Assembly: GCA_964649175.1 (NCBI GenBank)
Contig: CAZYPA010000001.1
Location: forward strand, 4,420 to 68,419
DNA: 64,000 nt
From: an uncultured Leptospirales bacterium
GTDB lineage: Bacteria > Spirochaetota > UBA4802 > UBA5550
Direction of reading: 5' to 3'
The first letter of the stretch is position 1. The number at the start of each line of letters is the position of its first letter. The translations under genes were made by a program, and so were the position numbers. This document shows, in pieces, positions 20,016 through 29,821 of this stretch. The notes beneath the pieces were generated by a model. That model was not told the origin of the DNA. It saw nothing but the letters and a program-made list of their open reading frames with translations, and did not search any database.

Positions 20016-20693
20016 ATGATTTTAACTATTGACAGGGTTTTACAGCTATTGTCAGAAGGCAAAACTATAGACAAAATATCTGACTTGGCTTCCTGCAAAG
20101 AATCAGATGTTGTTGCAATTATTGATGATGCCAGAAAATTGCTTTTAAAGCATGAAAGAATTTCTTCCAGAAAAAAAATCATTATCAGGAAAAAACCCGA
20201 TTTTGTTCCTTTATCTGCTCAGTCTGAAAAAGATGAAAAAATGGTTCGTGAACTTTTGAGCGGCGCTGAATTATCTGTAATTCCTATCAATGCCTCTCTT
20301 GTTTTTTATGTTGGCGCAGAGTCATCTGGAAACACGGGTAATTCAGGCATAGGTATTGTTATATTAGACAGCAATGACAGGCAGATTGGCAAGGTGTCGG
20401 ATTTTATAGGAAAGAGAACAAAGCTTACAGCTGTGTATATGGCTGTAATACGTGCTATTCAAATGGCAGAATATTTTCAGGTAAAAGATGTAAAGATAAG
20501 AACAGATTCTGAAATCCTTATTAAGCATATTGATGGAACAGTGCAAATCACAAATAAAAACATTCTCAGGTATTATGAAAATCTGATGAATCTTCTTTCA
20601 AAAAATAAAGAGGTTAAAATAGAGTATATCCCTGAACATCAAAATGATAAGGCTAAATTTTTTGCACTGCAGGGAAGCGATAAAGGTAAATAG
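20016..20693 (+). CDS. RNase H-like domain protein (probably catalytically degenerate) with N-terminal HTH-like region
   Basis: 225 aa. The C-terminal half aligns by eye to RNase HI (…TDSEIL…, NxxxELxAxxxAL-like KRTKLTAVYMAVIRAI). The first catalytic Asp and the Glu positions appear substituted. Confidence 0.45.
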   Translation: MILTIDRVLQLLSEGKTIDKISDLASCKESDVVAIIDDARKLLLKHERISSRKKIIIRKKPDFVPLSAQSEKDEKMVRELLSGAELSVIPINASLVFYVGAESSGNTGNSGIGIVILDSNDRQIGKVSDFIGKRTKLTAVYMAVIRAIQMAEYFQVKDVKIRTDSEILIKHIDGTVQITNKNILRYYENLMNLLSKNKEVKIEYIPEHQNDKAKFFALQGSDKGK

Positions 20694-20697
20694 ACTT

Positions 20698-22755
20698 ATG
20701 AAAAGCAGCTGGATTATTCCTGAAATTGATAACATTATTGTGTCAGATATAGCTCTTAGTACAGGCATTGAAAGAGCTGTTATTGCAATTTTATACTCAA
20801 GGGGATATAGAAGTCAGGAAGATGTTTATAAATTTTTATATCCTGAATTAGCTGATTTACATTCGCCTTTTTTAATGAAAGGAATTTATGAAGCGCTGAC
20901 TCTTATTAGAAAACATCTTGAATTAAAAAGTAAAATTGCAATTTTTGCTGATTCTGATCTTGATGGGATTACATCGCTTACTATTATTTATGATCTGCTT
21001 GTAAAGCTTGGCAATACCCCTGATATAAGGTATCCCAGGGATAAAGAGGGGTATGGTTTAACCTGTGATATAATTCAGGAATTTATAGACCAGGGAGTTG
21101 ATCTTCTTATTACTGTAGATTCAGGAATAAGGGATTTTGAAGAGATTAACATGGCCTCTGAAAAAGGGATTGATGTTATAATTACCGACCATCATGAGCC
21201 TGATGTGGTTGTTCCTGATGCAGTAATTGTTAATCCAAAACAGAAAGACTGTCCATATCCATTTAAGGAACTCGCCGGAGTTGGTGTTACATTTAAACTG
21301 GCACACGCCTTGCTCTATAGCTATATATCTGGTTTTGATAGCAGGTTTGTAATTACCTTAAAACATGAAGAGGGTTATGAATTCTCTTTTCTGATTAACG
21401 GCTGCATAACTCATTGTGATGCTGTACGGAACAGTAATCTCACTGAATATATTTCAGAAAAAATAAATGATAAAGATTTTTTTATTCTTTTTGATGAAGC
21501 TCCGGAATTTATCAAAATGATCAAATCATTTTACAGTGATATTAAAGTTAAATATATAAGTGATCTTTCTAATGGAAAAGATAATTCCGGGTCCAGGGAT
21601 TTGCTCTCTCTAATTGATTTAATGGTAAAAGAGTATGGAATTAATCCTGCTCTTTACAAAAGCCGCATGGATCTGGCCTGCAAGGTCTTTCTTGAAACGC
21701 AGCTTCGTAGTTCTACAAAAATTTTTTCATTGCTTAAAGAATATCTTGTTCTGGTTTCTATAGGTACAATAGCTGATATAATGCCTGTCCATAATGAAAA
21801 CAGACAGATGATAAAATACGGAATTTCTCTTCTTAACAGAGGGGAGGGGCATTACGGAATTAATTCTTTATTAAAAAATGAGCAGGTTAATACAAAAAGT
21901 ATAAGCTGGGGGGTTGCCCCTCTTCTTAACACTCCGGGAAGGTTTGGTGAAACTGATTTAACTGTGAAATTTTTTCTTGAAGATGATAAGGAGGCAATAT
22001 CAGAAATCACAACGGAAATTCAGAGGCTCAACAGAAAAAGAAAAAACCTTGTATCTGAAATAATATGTTCTGCCAAGAAAAATATTGAAGAGCATGGTTC
22101 AGAATTGTATGGAAATCTTTATCTTTATCATAATGATGAAATAATTGATGGTTTAGCTGGGTTGGTAGCAAACAGAATTGCTGATGATCTGAAAAAACCG
22201 GTTATTGTTGCAACTGCTCTTGATGACAATGGCCTTATTAAAGGTTCAGGCAGGAGTTACGGAGGATTTAATTTTTTTAAATATGTTGAACCCTTTTCAG
22301 GCTTATTTGAAAAACTGGGTGGTCATGCGCAGGCATTTGGTTTTATAATAAAAAAAGAAAACCTTCATGAGACTATTATTAAAATAAGCGAATTGATAGG
22401 AGATAAAATCGAATTAGACAGTAATATAAAAATAGACTGTGTTATAGATATTGATGAAATCAATAATTCTCTTCTTGATAAACTTGAACTTATTGAACCT
22501 TATGGAAAAGAAAATGAAGAGCCTCTTTTTTATTCTTCCGATGTGGAGATAAAGGCTTTTTCATCATGCGGATCAGATAACAGGCATGGAAGATATACTT
22601 TAAAAAATGGTATAACTGCTATTGGATGGAATATGGCTTCTGAAATGGGCAATATTTATAAGAATAAACAAAATATCGATATGATATATAAAATTGAAAA
22701 GAACACATATATGAACCGTACAAATCCTCAAATAATTATTGTAGATATAAAGTAA
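20698..22755 (+). CDS. recJ: single-stranded-DNA-specific exonuclease RecJ (DHH/DHHA1)
   Basis: DHH motifs FADSDLDGITS and ITDHHEP, followed by DHHA1. The track ORF begins at 20644, overlapping the previous gene. MKSSWIIPE at 20698 is the likely start. Confidence 0.8.
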   Translation: MKSSWIIPEIDNIIVSDIALSTGIERAVIAILYSRGYRSQEDVYKFLYPELADLHSPFLMKGIYEALTLIRKHLELKSKIAIFADSDLDGITSLTIIYDLLVKLGNTPDIRYPRDKEGYGLTCDIIQEFIDQGVDLLITVDSGIRDFEEINMASEKGIDVIITDHHEPDVVVPDAVIVNPKQKDCPYPFKELAGVGVTFKLAHALLYSYISGFDSRFVITLKHEEGYEFSFLINGCITHCDAVRNSNLTEYISEKINDKDFFILFDEAPEFIKMIKSFYSDIKVKYISDLSNGKDNSGSRDLLSLIDLMVKEYGINPALYKSRMDLACKVFLETQLRSSTKIFSLLKEYLVLVSIGTIADIMPVHNENRQMIKYGISLLNRGEGHYGINSLLKNEQVNTKSISWGVAPLLNTPGRFGETDLTVKFFLEDDKEAISEITTEIQRLNRKRKNLVSEIICSAKKNIEEHGSELYGNLYLYHNDEIIDGLAGLVANRIADDLKKPVIVATALDDNGLIKGSGRSYGGFNFFKYVEPFSGLFEKLGGHAQAFGFIIKKENLHETIIKISELIGDKIELDSNIKIDCVIDIDEINNSLLDKLELIEPYGKENEEPLFYSSDVEIKAFSSCGSDNRHGRYTLKNGITAIGWNMASEMGNIYKNKQNIDMIYKIEKNTYMNRTNPQIIIVDIK

Positions 22756-22880
22756 AATGTTCAGTAAAAATGGTTTTTCCTGGGAAATAATATTTGACAT
22801 ACTATCAAAGAATATTAATTTATACTAAATAGTATTAGAAATTATTTAATGTTTTTATAATATACACGGCAGGATTTAAT

Positions 22881-23180
22881 ATGCAAATTGATGTTCAGGA
22901 AAGTGATGATCTTGTTGTTATCACAGTACATGGCGATATTGAAATGATGACAATAAAGACATTTAAGCAGACACTTTTCGATATTGGGCAAAATGTTGAT
23001 AAGGATATTGAAATAGATCTGAGAGAAGTAGATTATATTGATTCATCCGGTATTGGTATTTTAATCAATCTTTTAAATATTCAAAAGAAGAAGAATAAAT
23101 CTTTACTAATTAATAAAGTGAGCTCTAAAGTTCTTAATGTGCCTAAGCTAAGCTCACTTTCCGATGTGTTTAACCTCTAA
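22881..23180 (+). CDS. STAS-domain protein (anti-sigma factor antagonist-like)
   Basis: 99 aa with a SpoIIAA-like fold signature (…DLREVDYIDSSGIGILINL…). I see no RsbW/SpoIIAB-type kinase partner in the window. Confidence 0.7.
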   Translation: MQIDVQESDDLVVITVHGDIEMMTIKTFKQTLFDIGQNVDKDIEIDLREVDYIDSSGIGILINLLNIQKKKNKSLLINKVSSKVLNVPKLSSLSDVFNL

Positions 23181-23666
23181 ATGTCCTCTTTGCGGATTGG
23201 CAATGGTTTTGATGTTCATGCTTTCTGTGAAGGAAGACCGCTTATTCTTGGTGGCATTAAAATTGACTTTCACAAAGGATTAGCTGGTCATTCAGATGCG
23301 GATGTGCTAATCCATTCAATTATTGATTCTCTGCTTGGTGCTGCTGGTATAGGTGATATAGGAAGGCTGTTCCCTGACTCTGATGCGAAATTCAAAGACA
23401 TTAGCAGCTTAATCCTTCTTGGTGAAGTTTTTAATATTTTTAAAAAACGCAATATAAAAATAATCAATACTGATTCTGTTATAGTTTGTGAGAGGCCTAA
23501 AATCTCACCCTATATAAATGAAATGCAAAAAATTTTGTCCCAGACCCTTAATAGCGAAGTTTCTCCTCAGTCAATAGGTATAAAAGCGACAACATCAGAA
23601 AGGCTTGGTTTTACCGGACGCGAAGAGGGTATTGCCGTGTATACTGTTTCTCTTATTGAACTTTAA
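23181..23666 (+). CDS. ispF: 2-C-methyl-D-erythritol 2,4-cyclodiphosphate synthase IspF
   Basis: 161 aa. GNGFDVHAF and GHSDADVL motifs, with a conserved C-terminal region. Confidence 0.9.
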   Translation: MSSLRIGNGFDVHAFCEGRPLILGGIKIDFHKGLAGHSDADVLIHSIIDSLLGAAGIGDIGRLFPDSDAKFKDISSLILLGEVFNIFKKRNIKIINTDSVIVCERPKISPYINEMQKILSQTLNSEVSPQSIGIKATTSERLGFTGREEGIAVYTVSLIEL

Positions 23667-23731
23667 TTTTAAGCTGGCGTCATCTGCCTTAAATAATAAT
23701 CTTTGATTTCTCCTGAATGAGCTTAATATCA

Positions 23732-25183
23732 TTACCTGGACCAGAATCTTCTGGTGAAAAGAATAAGCACTGTGTATATTTCCAGCCTACCTACAAGCAT
23801 TGCAAAAGATAGGTATGCCTTTAAATACAATGGATAAAAGGCGAAATTTTCAGCAGGTCCAACTTTACCGAATCCAGGGCCTATATTTCCCACTGTTGTA
23901 AGTGCTGTGGTAAAGCATGTAAGAATATCCTCTTCTGAAGTTGCAACAATCAGAGTTGTGATTAGAAGCATAACAATATAAAGAAAAAAGAAACCGGCAA
24001 TTGAATAAATAACTTCTTTTTTAACAGGCTGTCCGCTTATTCTAAGGGTAAATACTCCGCGTGGGTGAAGCAGGTATTTCATTTCATTAATCCCCTGTTT
24101 TAAAAGGGTTACAATTCTGATGACCTTTATTCCACCTCCTGTAGAGCCGGAACAGCCTCCAACAAACATCATCATTAGTAATATGGTCTGACTGAAATAG
24201 GGCCATTTTTCATAATCGGCAGTTGCAAAGCCTGTTGTAGTGAGTATTGAAGCAACCTGAAAGCTTGCAAAACGGAAAGATTCAAAAATAGAATTGTAAA
24301 ATGTCCCATAGAGATTAAATGTGACTAGAAGTGTTCCCCCCAGAAAAATTGATAAATAAGCCTTCAATTCTGTGTCTGAAAAAAGAATCTTTGCTTTCCC
24401 AGTGAGATATCTGAAGTGAAGACCAAAATTGATACCTGCAAGTATCATGAAAAAAGTTATAATCCCGTCAATATAGGCTGAGTTATAGTGTCCGACACTT
24501 GAACCTTTGCAGGAAAATCCTCCTGTTGCAACTGTGCTAAAAGTATGTATAAGTGCGTCAAAAAGATCCATGCCTCCAAGTTGAAGGAGAATTGTTTCTG
24601 CGATAGTAAACCCCAGGTATATAAACCATAAAACTTTTGCAGTTTCAGCTATTCTGGGTGTAATTTTATCCATTGTAGGCCCTGGAGCTTCTGCTTTTAT
24701 AAGCTGCATTCCACCTATACCGAGAAGGGGAAGTACAGCTACTGTTAAAACAACTATACCCATTCCTCCAAGCCAATGAGTTAATGATCGCCAGAAGAGA
24801 AGCGACCTTGGAAGTGCTTCAACATTGGTGAGTATGGATGCACCTGTAGTAGAAAAGCCTGACATTGTTTCAAAGTAGCAATCGACAAATGAAGGGATTG
24901 AACCTGATAAATAATAGGGGAGGGCGCCAAGAAAAGAAACCAGTATCCAGCTGAACGTAACAAAGAGAAAACCATCCCTTGTTGACAAGCCTGTTCTTTT
25001 GTTCTTTTTTGTAAAAATGAATGCAATAATAAATATTAATACAGCTATACCTATGGATTGTGCAATAGCATAAAATGAATCAAGCTCATTATTATATAAA
25101 GCTATACCAAGGGGTATGAAAAGAAATAAGGATGTGATTAAAAGCAGATATGAGATCATTTTGAAAATAAGTTTGTAGTTCAT
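23732..25183 (-). CDS. trkH: Trk/Ktr-family K+ transporter membrane subunit TrkH
   Basis: 483 aa, polytopic, with repeated selectivity-filter-like GxxGFSTTG / TGGFS segments. Confidence 0.85.
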   Translation of the reverse strand: MNYKLIFKMISYLLLITSLFLFIPLGIALYNNELDSFYAIAQSIGIAVLIFIIAFIFTKKNKRTGLSTRDGFLFVTFSWILVSFLGALPYYLSGSIPSFVDCYFETMSGFSTTGASILTNVEALPRSLLFWRSLTHWLGGMGIVVLTVAVLPLLGIGGMQLIKAEAPGPTMDKITPRIAETAKVLWFIYLGFTIAETILLQLGGMDLFDALIHTFSTVATGGFSCKGSSVGHYNSAYIDGIITFFMILAGINFGLHFRYLTGKAKILFSDTELKAYLSIFLGGTLLVTFNLYGTFYNSIFESFRFASFQVASILTTTGFATADYEKWPYFSQTILLMMMFVGGCSGSTGGGIKVIRIVTLLKQGINEMKYLLHPRGVFTLRISGQPVKKEVIYSIAGFFFLYIVMLLITTLIVATSEEDILTCFTTALTTVGNIGPGFGKVGPAENFAFYPLYLKAYLSFAMLVGRLEIYTVLILFTRRFWSR

Positions 25184-25199
25184 ATTATCTCTTCAGATT

Positions 25200-26546
25200 T
25201 TAAAGAAAAACCTCTTCCAAATCTTTAATTGATGTTTTCATTGCAATTGTTATTACTGTGTCATTGCCTTCAATTATAGTGTTTCCATCTGCGATTTCAT
25301 TTATACCGTTTTTAATGACTGTAAGTATAAGGCTATCTGAAGGGAGATTAACATCTTTAAGTGCTTTACCTGCGATGGAACTGGTTTCGGGAATTATAAA
25401 TTCAATGACTTCAGCTTTATTTTCAAAAAGGGAGTGAACGCTTTTGATATGTCCGCGTCTTATGAATTTAAGTATTGCATCAACAGTGCTTTTTTTCGGG
25501 CTTACAGTAATATCAATCCCAAGCTTGCTGGATATAGGCAGATAATTGGGGAGATTAACAAGTGCTGCAGCCCTGCGTACACCTTGATTTTTTGCATAAA
25601 CAGCAGCAAGAATATTTAATTCCTGCTGATTTGTAGTGGTTATAATAAGATCATAGTTATAAAGCTGTTCATCTTCAAAGATTTCTTCATCTGAAATATC
25701 TGCATTTAGAATAAGTGCCTCAGGGAATGTTTCTGAAAGGGTTTTACATGTATCATAATTCGTATCTAGAATAGTAATTTTTCGTCCTGTTCTTATAAGG
25801 TATGATGCTACAAGACTGCCAACACGACCTCCACCAACAATAAGAATTCTGTCAAACTTCTCACTTTTTTTACCTGTTTCTATAAATAATTTAGTAAGGG
25901 TATTGCGTGCTGCTAGAAGATAAATTGTATCATCAACTTTAAGTCTGGTGTTTCCTGAAGGTATAATAATTTCATTATTGCGTAAAATTGCAGCTATGAG
26001 GAATTTATCCTTTATTTTTATTGATGACTTGAGGTTTATTATTTCTTTATTTTTGAAGTATGATTTTTCATCTATGATGTAGCTTTGGATTTGGACATCT
26101 GTGTTTTCAAAAAGCATAACATCACTTGTTGCTCCAAGAGCAACTGTGTTTGCAATAAGCCTTGCTGTTTCTACTTCTGAGTTTACAATATAGTTTATTC
26201 CAAAAAAAGATTTTTCAAAAATACCGGTTTTGGAGTAGCCCAGGTTGCGCACTCGTGCTATTTTGATTGGAACATTAAACTCGCTTTCAACCAGGGCACA
26301 GGCAATCATATTAATTTCATCTGAATCGACAACACTCAGGAAAAAGTCAGCATATTCTATGCCGGCTTTTTTTAAGGTATCAATATTGTTTCCTTCCTCA
26401 TTTATTACCATACAGTCTACGTGGGAAGAAACATATTTAGCTCTTTCAGGATCTCTCTCTATTATAACAACATCATGTTTCTCTGAAACAAGCTGCGCAG
26501 CAATTTGTGATCCAACAATGCCAGCACCAAGTATTACTATATTCAT
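25200..26546 (-). CDS. trkA: Trk system NAD-binding subunit TrkA
   Basis: 448 aa. Two RCK_N Rossmann domains (MNIVILGAGIVGSQ… and ILIVGGGRVGS…), each followed by RCK_C. Confidence 0.85.
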   Translation of the reverse strand: MNIVILGAGIVGSQIAAQLVSEKHDVVIIERDPERAKYVSSHVDCMVINEEGNNIDTLKKAGIEYADFFLSVVDSDEINMIACALVESEFNVPIKIARVRNLGYSKTGIFEKSFFGINYIVNSEVETARLIANTVALGATSDVMLFENTDVQIQSYIIDEKSYFKNKEIINLKSSIKIKDKFLIAAILRNNEIIIPSGNTRLKVDDTIYLLAARNTLTKLFIETGKKSEKFDRILIVGGGRVGSLVASYLIRTGRKITILDTNYDTCKTLSETFPEALILNADISDEEIFEDEQLYNYDLIITTTNQQELNILAAVYAKNQGVRRAAALVNLPNYLPISSKLGIDITVSPKKSTVDAILKFIRRGHIKSVHSLFENKAEVIEFIIPETSSIAGKALKDVNLPSDSLILTVIKNGINEIADGNTIIEGNDTVITIAMKTSIKDLEEVFL

Positions 26547-26724
26547 AAAGAAATCCTTATAATAAAGAATAAAGTATAGCAGGGCGAGTCTCTAAATACA
26601 ATATAACAATATAAAAAAGATAATTCCACGAGTAAATAAAATAACTATATAGAATCGAAATTTTCTAATGAGACATAATATATCTTATCGGAAGTTGATT
26701 GTGTTTGGTATATCTCTATATAAT

Positions 26725-27498
26725 TTATAGTCTTTTCATATTCCATGATCTATTTTCGAATTGTTCCTTTTTAAATCGTTCAGCAAGATATTTTTCGTAT
26801 ATAGATAAAAAGCCTTTTGCAAATGAAATATTAAGGTTTTTCATATAATTATCTATTATTGATTTTTTCAGAATTTTAACAGAGCTTTGATTAAATCTAT
26901 TCCCTAGAATTTTCTTTACTGATGTAATATTTTTAACAGGTTCAGTAAAACTTTTTTCACTAAGTTTTTTCCTGTATATAAGAGCCCTGGTAAACATATC
27001 TTCGTTAATATCAGTGATTATTGTTCCATGTTGAAGAAGCACTCCCTGCTGCCTTGTTTGGGCACTGCCGGAAATTTTTTTCCCCTCTGCAATAATATCA
27101 TTAACAGGTTTGAACGAAGCATCTATACCAATAGCCTTTAAGGAGTTAATAAGAGGTGTAATTATTGCTTTAAACGATGATTCCATATCAGATTGTATGG
27201 GGCTGTTTTTAAGTGGTGTGATAAAACTGTAGGTAATTTCAGAATCGTGAAGCACTGTGCCGCCTCCGGTAATTCTTCTGATTACCGGGATATTGTTTTC
27301 TGTGCAAAAATTAATATTAACTGTTTCAGATATTTTCTGGAAATATCCCACTGTTACTGCAGGCATAGCCCAGCTGTATAATCTTAAAGTTGGAATAGAC
27401 TGCCCTTCTGATATTGCTTGCAATATTGCCCTGTCTATTCCCATGTTTGATGTTCCTTCCATGGGCTCATCAATTAGAATTCTGAATTTATATTTCAC
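26725..27498 (-). CDS. lipoate-protein ligase / octanoyltransferase (LplA/LipM family, BPL_LplA_LipB domain)
   Basis: 257 aa. Catalytic-lysine region KKISGSAQTRQQGVLLQHGTI, which is the LplA/LipM KxSGxAQ…HG motif. It overlaps lipA by 4 nt. Confidence 0.7.
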   Translation of the reverse strand: MKYKFRILIDEPMEGTSNMGIDRAILQAISEGQSIPTLRLYSWAMPAVTVGYFQKISETVNINFCTENNIPVIRRITGGGTVLHDSEITYSFITPLKNSPIQSDMESSFKAIITPLINSLKAIGIDASFKPVNDIIAEGKKISGSAQTRQQGVLLQHGTIITDINEDMFTRALIYRKKLSEKSFTEPVKNITSVKKILGNRFNQSSVKILKKSIIDNYMKNLNISFAKGFLSIYEKYLAERFKKEQFENRSWNMKRL

Positions 27499-28367
27499 TC
27501 TGTCTCTGTTTTAAGCTCAAGGTAAATATCCATTGCTCTGTAGGAACTTCTGACCAGGGGTCCGGATAAAGCTTTTTTAATACCTGCTTCCAGGGCGTAT
27601 TTTTCAATTTCCAGAAATTCGTCAGGGTGATAATATTTCTCAACATCATAATTGTTTTTATGTGACTTAAGGTATTGGCCTATTGTAACAATTGAACAGC
27701 CTGTATCTGCCAGCTCATTAAGAGTACTTTTAATATCATCTATTGATTCTCCAAATCCAATCATAAGCCCGGATTTAACATATAGTTTTTTGTTGAAGGC
27801 GTATTTTAAAAGTTTCATTGAAAGAGCATAGTTCCCTAATGGTCTTAGTTCATAAAATTTATTTTTAACAGTTTCTATATTATGGTTAAGGACATCCGGT
27901 TTTGCTTCAGCAACAATATCAATTGAAGTTTCCATGCTTCCCTTGAAATCAGGCACCAGAAGCTCTACCCCTGTATCTGAAGAGCTTTCTTTAACTCCCT
28001 TGCATATAGCGCTGAAAAAGGATGCACCTCCATCCTGCAGGTCATCCCTGGTCACAGAGGTTATAACAGAATATTTTAATTTGAGCCTGGATATGGCTGA
28101 TACAATATTTTCCGGTTCATGAGGATCGGGTTTTAGTGGCAGGCCTTTTTTAACTGAGCAGTAGCGGCAGTTTCTTGTACAGGTATCACCAAGTATTAAA
28201 AATGTTGCTGTGCCCTGATTAAAGCATTCAGCAATATTTGGGCATTTTGCTTCAACGCATATTGTGTGGAGCTTCTCATCTTTGAGAACTGTTTTAACAT
28301 TCCCATAATTCACTCCCCCGGGAATGTTGTACTTAATCCATTCAGGGATTCTCTTCACTGGTCCCAT
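27495..28367 (-). CDS. lipA: lipoyl synthase LipA (radical SAM)
   Basis: 290 aa. N-terminal auxiliary cluster cysteines (CEAKCPNIAEC) and the radical-SAM CTRNCRYC motif. Confidence 0.9.
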   Translation of the reverse strand: MGPVKRIPEWIKYNIPGGVNYGNVKTVLKDEKLHTICVEAKCPNIAECFNQGTATFLILGDTCTRNCRYCSVKKGLPLKPDPHEPENIVSAISRLKLKYSVITSVTRDDLQDGGASFFSAICKGVKESSSDTGVELLVPDFKGSMETSIDIVAEAKPDVLNHNIETVKNKFYELRPLGNYALSMKLLKYAFNKKLYVKSGLMIGFGESIDDIKSTLNELADTGCSIVTIGQYLKSHKNNYDVEKYYHPDEFLEIEKYALEAGIKKALSGPLVRSSYRAMDIYLELKTETE

Positions 28368-29779
28368 GTTAAAACAGGTTTTTTAGCAGCAAGTACAGTG
28401 TCTACTCTTTTTACAGGAGTCGTTACAGGAGCTGACAGAACAATTTCAGGGTTGTCATCACACTCCCTGTGTATTTTAATCATAGCATCAACAAACCTGT
28501 CCAGGGATTCAAGGCTTTCAGTTTCTGTAGGCTCTATCATCATTGCTCCGTTTATGAGCAAAGGAAAATAAACTGTAGGTGCATGAAATCCATGGTCCAG
28601 AACCCTTTTGGCTATTTCATTTGTTGTTATGCCATTAGGTATTCCCTTATCATTTAAAACAAATTCGTGCATAGATGTTCTTTCAATCGGGAGATTATAT
28701 ACTTTTTTTAACCTTGCCATAAGGTAATTGGCATTGAGTACAGCTGTTTCAGAAGCTTCCTTTATCCCTTCAGGACCCAGCATTCTTATGTAAATATAGG
28801 CCTTTAAATAAACTCCAAAGTTGCCATAAAAAGAATGAACTCTTCCAATGCTCTCATCATTGTCAAAGTTTAATTTATAGCTATCCTCAATTTTTTCTAT
28901 CCTGGGCAGAGGCAAAAATTTTGCCAGCTTGGCACTTACTCCCAAAGGTCCGGAACCAGGCCCCCCTCCCCCATGTGGTGTGGAAAATGTTTTATGCAGA
29001 TTAATATGCATCATATCAAATCCCATATCTTTAAATCGGGTCTTGCCCATGGTAGCATTCAGATTGGCTCCATCTCCGTAAAAAAGGGATCCGTTTTCAT
29101 GAAGCATTTTTGAAATGGTTAAAATGTTAGTGTCAAAAAGGCCAAGGGTGTTGGGACTTGTGAGCATCATTGCTGCTACATTTTCATCAAGCATTCCCTT
29201 TAGTTTTTCAATATCAACATTCCCCTCTTTGTCTGATGGCACTTCCTTTATCTTAAATCCGCACATTGCCACAGTTGCAGGGTTAGTGCCGTGAGCTGAA
29301 TCAGGAATAAGAATTGTATCCCTTTTTTCATTTATGCTTTCAAAGAATTTTTTGATTATCATAACACCTGTTAATTCACCGTGAGAGCCAGCTGCAGGTG
29401 CTAATGTAAATTGTGAAAATCCGGTAATTTTGCATAAATAATCTGACAGCTCATACATTATTTGAAAAGCACCCTGTGTACAGGACTCATCTAACAGGGG
29501 ATGAAGCTCTGCAAAACCCGGCTTGCGTGAAAGACGTTCATTTATTTTTGGATTATATTTCATTGTGCAGCTTCCAAGTGGATACATACCATTATCTACA
29601 CCGAAATTCATTTTGGAAAGATTATTGTAGTGTCTTACAACTTCAGGTTCTGCAACATCAGGAAATGGATCATCATTACGAAGGAGTTTATCAGGTATTT
29701 CATTTTCTCCTTTAAAATCAAAATCCGGAATTTTATATTTATTCTGTCCCTTGCTGCTGTGCTGGAATATAAGTTTCAT
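28355..29779 (-). CDS. gcvPB: glycine dehydrogenase (decarboxylating) subunit 2, GcvPB
   Basis: 474 aa, P-protein C-terminal half. The PLP-lysine region (…HINLHKTFSTPHGGGGPG…) is characteristic. Confidence 0.9.
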   Translation of the reverse strand: MKLIFQHSSKGQNKYKIPDFDFKGENEIPDKLLRNDDPFPDVAEPEVVRHYNNLSKMNFGVDNGMYPLGSCTMKYNPKINERLSRKPGFAELHPLLDESCTQGAFQIMYELSDYLCKITGFSQFTLAPAAGSHGELTGVMIIKKFFESINEKRDTILIPDSAHGTNPATVAMCGFKIKEVPSDKEGNVDIEKLKGMLDENVAAMMLTSPNTLGLFDTNILTISKMLHENGSLFYGDGANLNATMGKTRFKDMGFDMMHINLHKTFSTPHGGGGPGSGPLGVSAKLAKFLPLPRIEKIEDSYKLNFDNDESIGRVHSFYGNFGVYLKAYIYIRMLGPEGIKEASETAVLNANYLMARLKKVYNLPIERTSMHEFVLNDKGIPNGITTNEIAKRVLDHGFHAPTVYFPLLINGAMMIEPTETESLESLDRFVDAMIKIHRECDDNPEIVLSAPVTTPVKRVDTVLAAKKPVLTWDQ

Positions 29780-29821
29780 AAATTCACCTTTTTTTCAAAT
29801 ACTCATAAGCTTCAATTCACT

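Noticed and set aside
20644-20697. ORF-track start of recJ at 20644 (MIRLNFLHCREAIKVNRL…)
   Set aside because: The extension overlaps the preceding gene by 50 nt and adds non-conserved residues. The ATG at 20698 (MKSSWIIPE…) directly follows the upstream stop and is the more plausible start.
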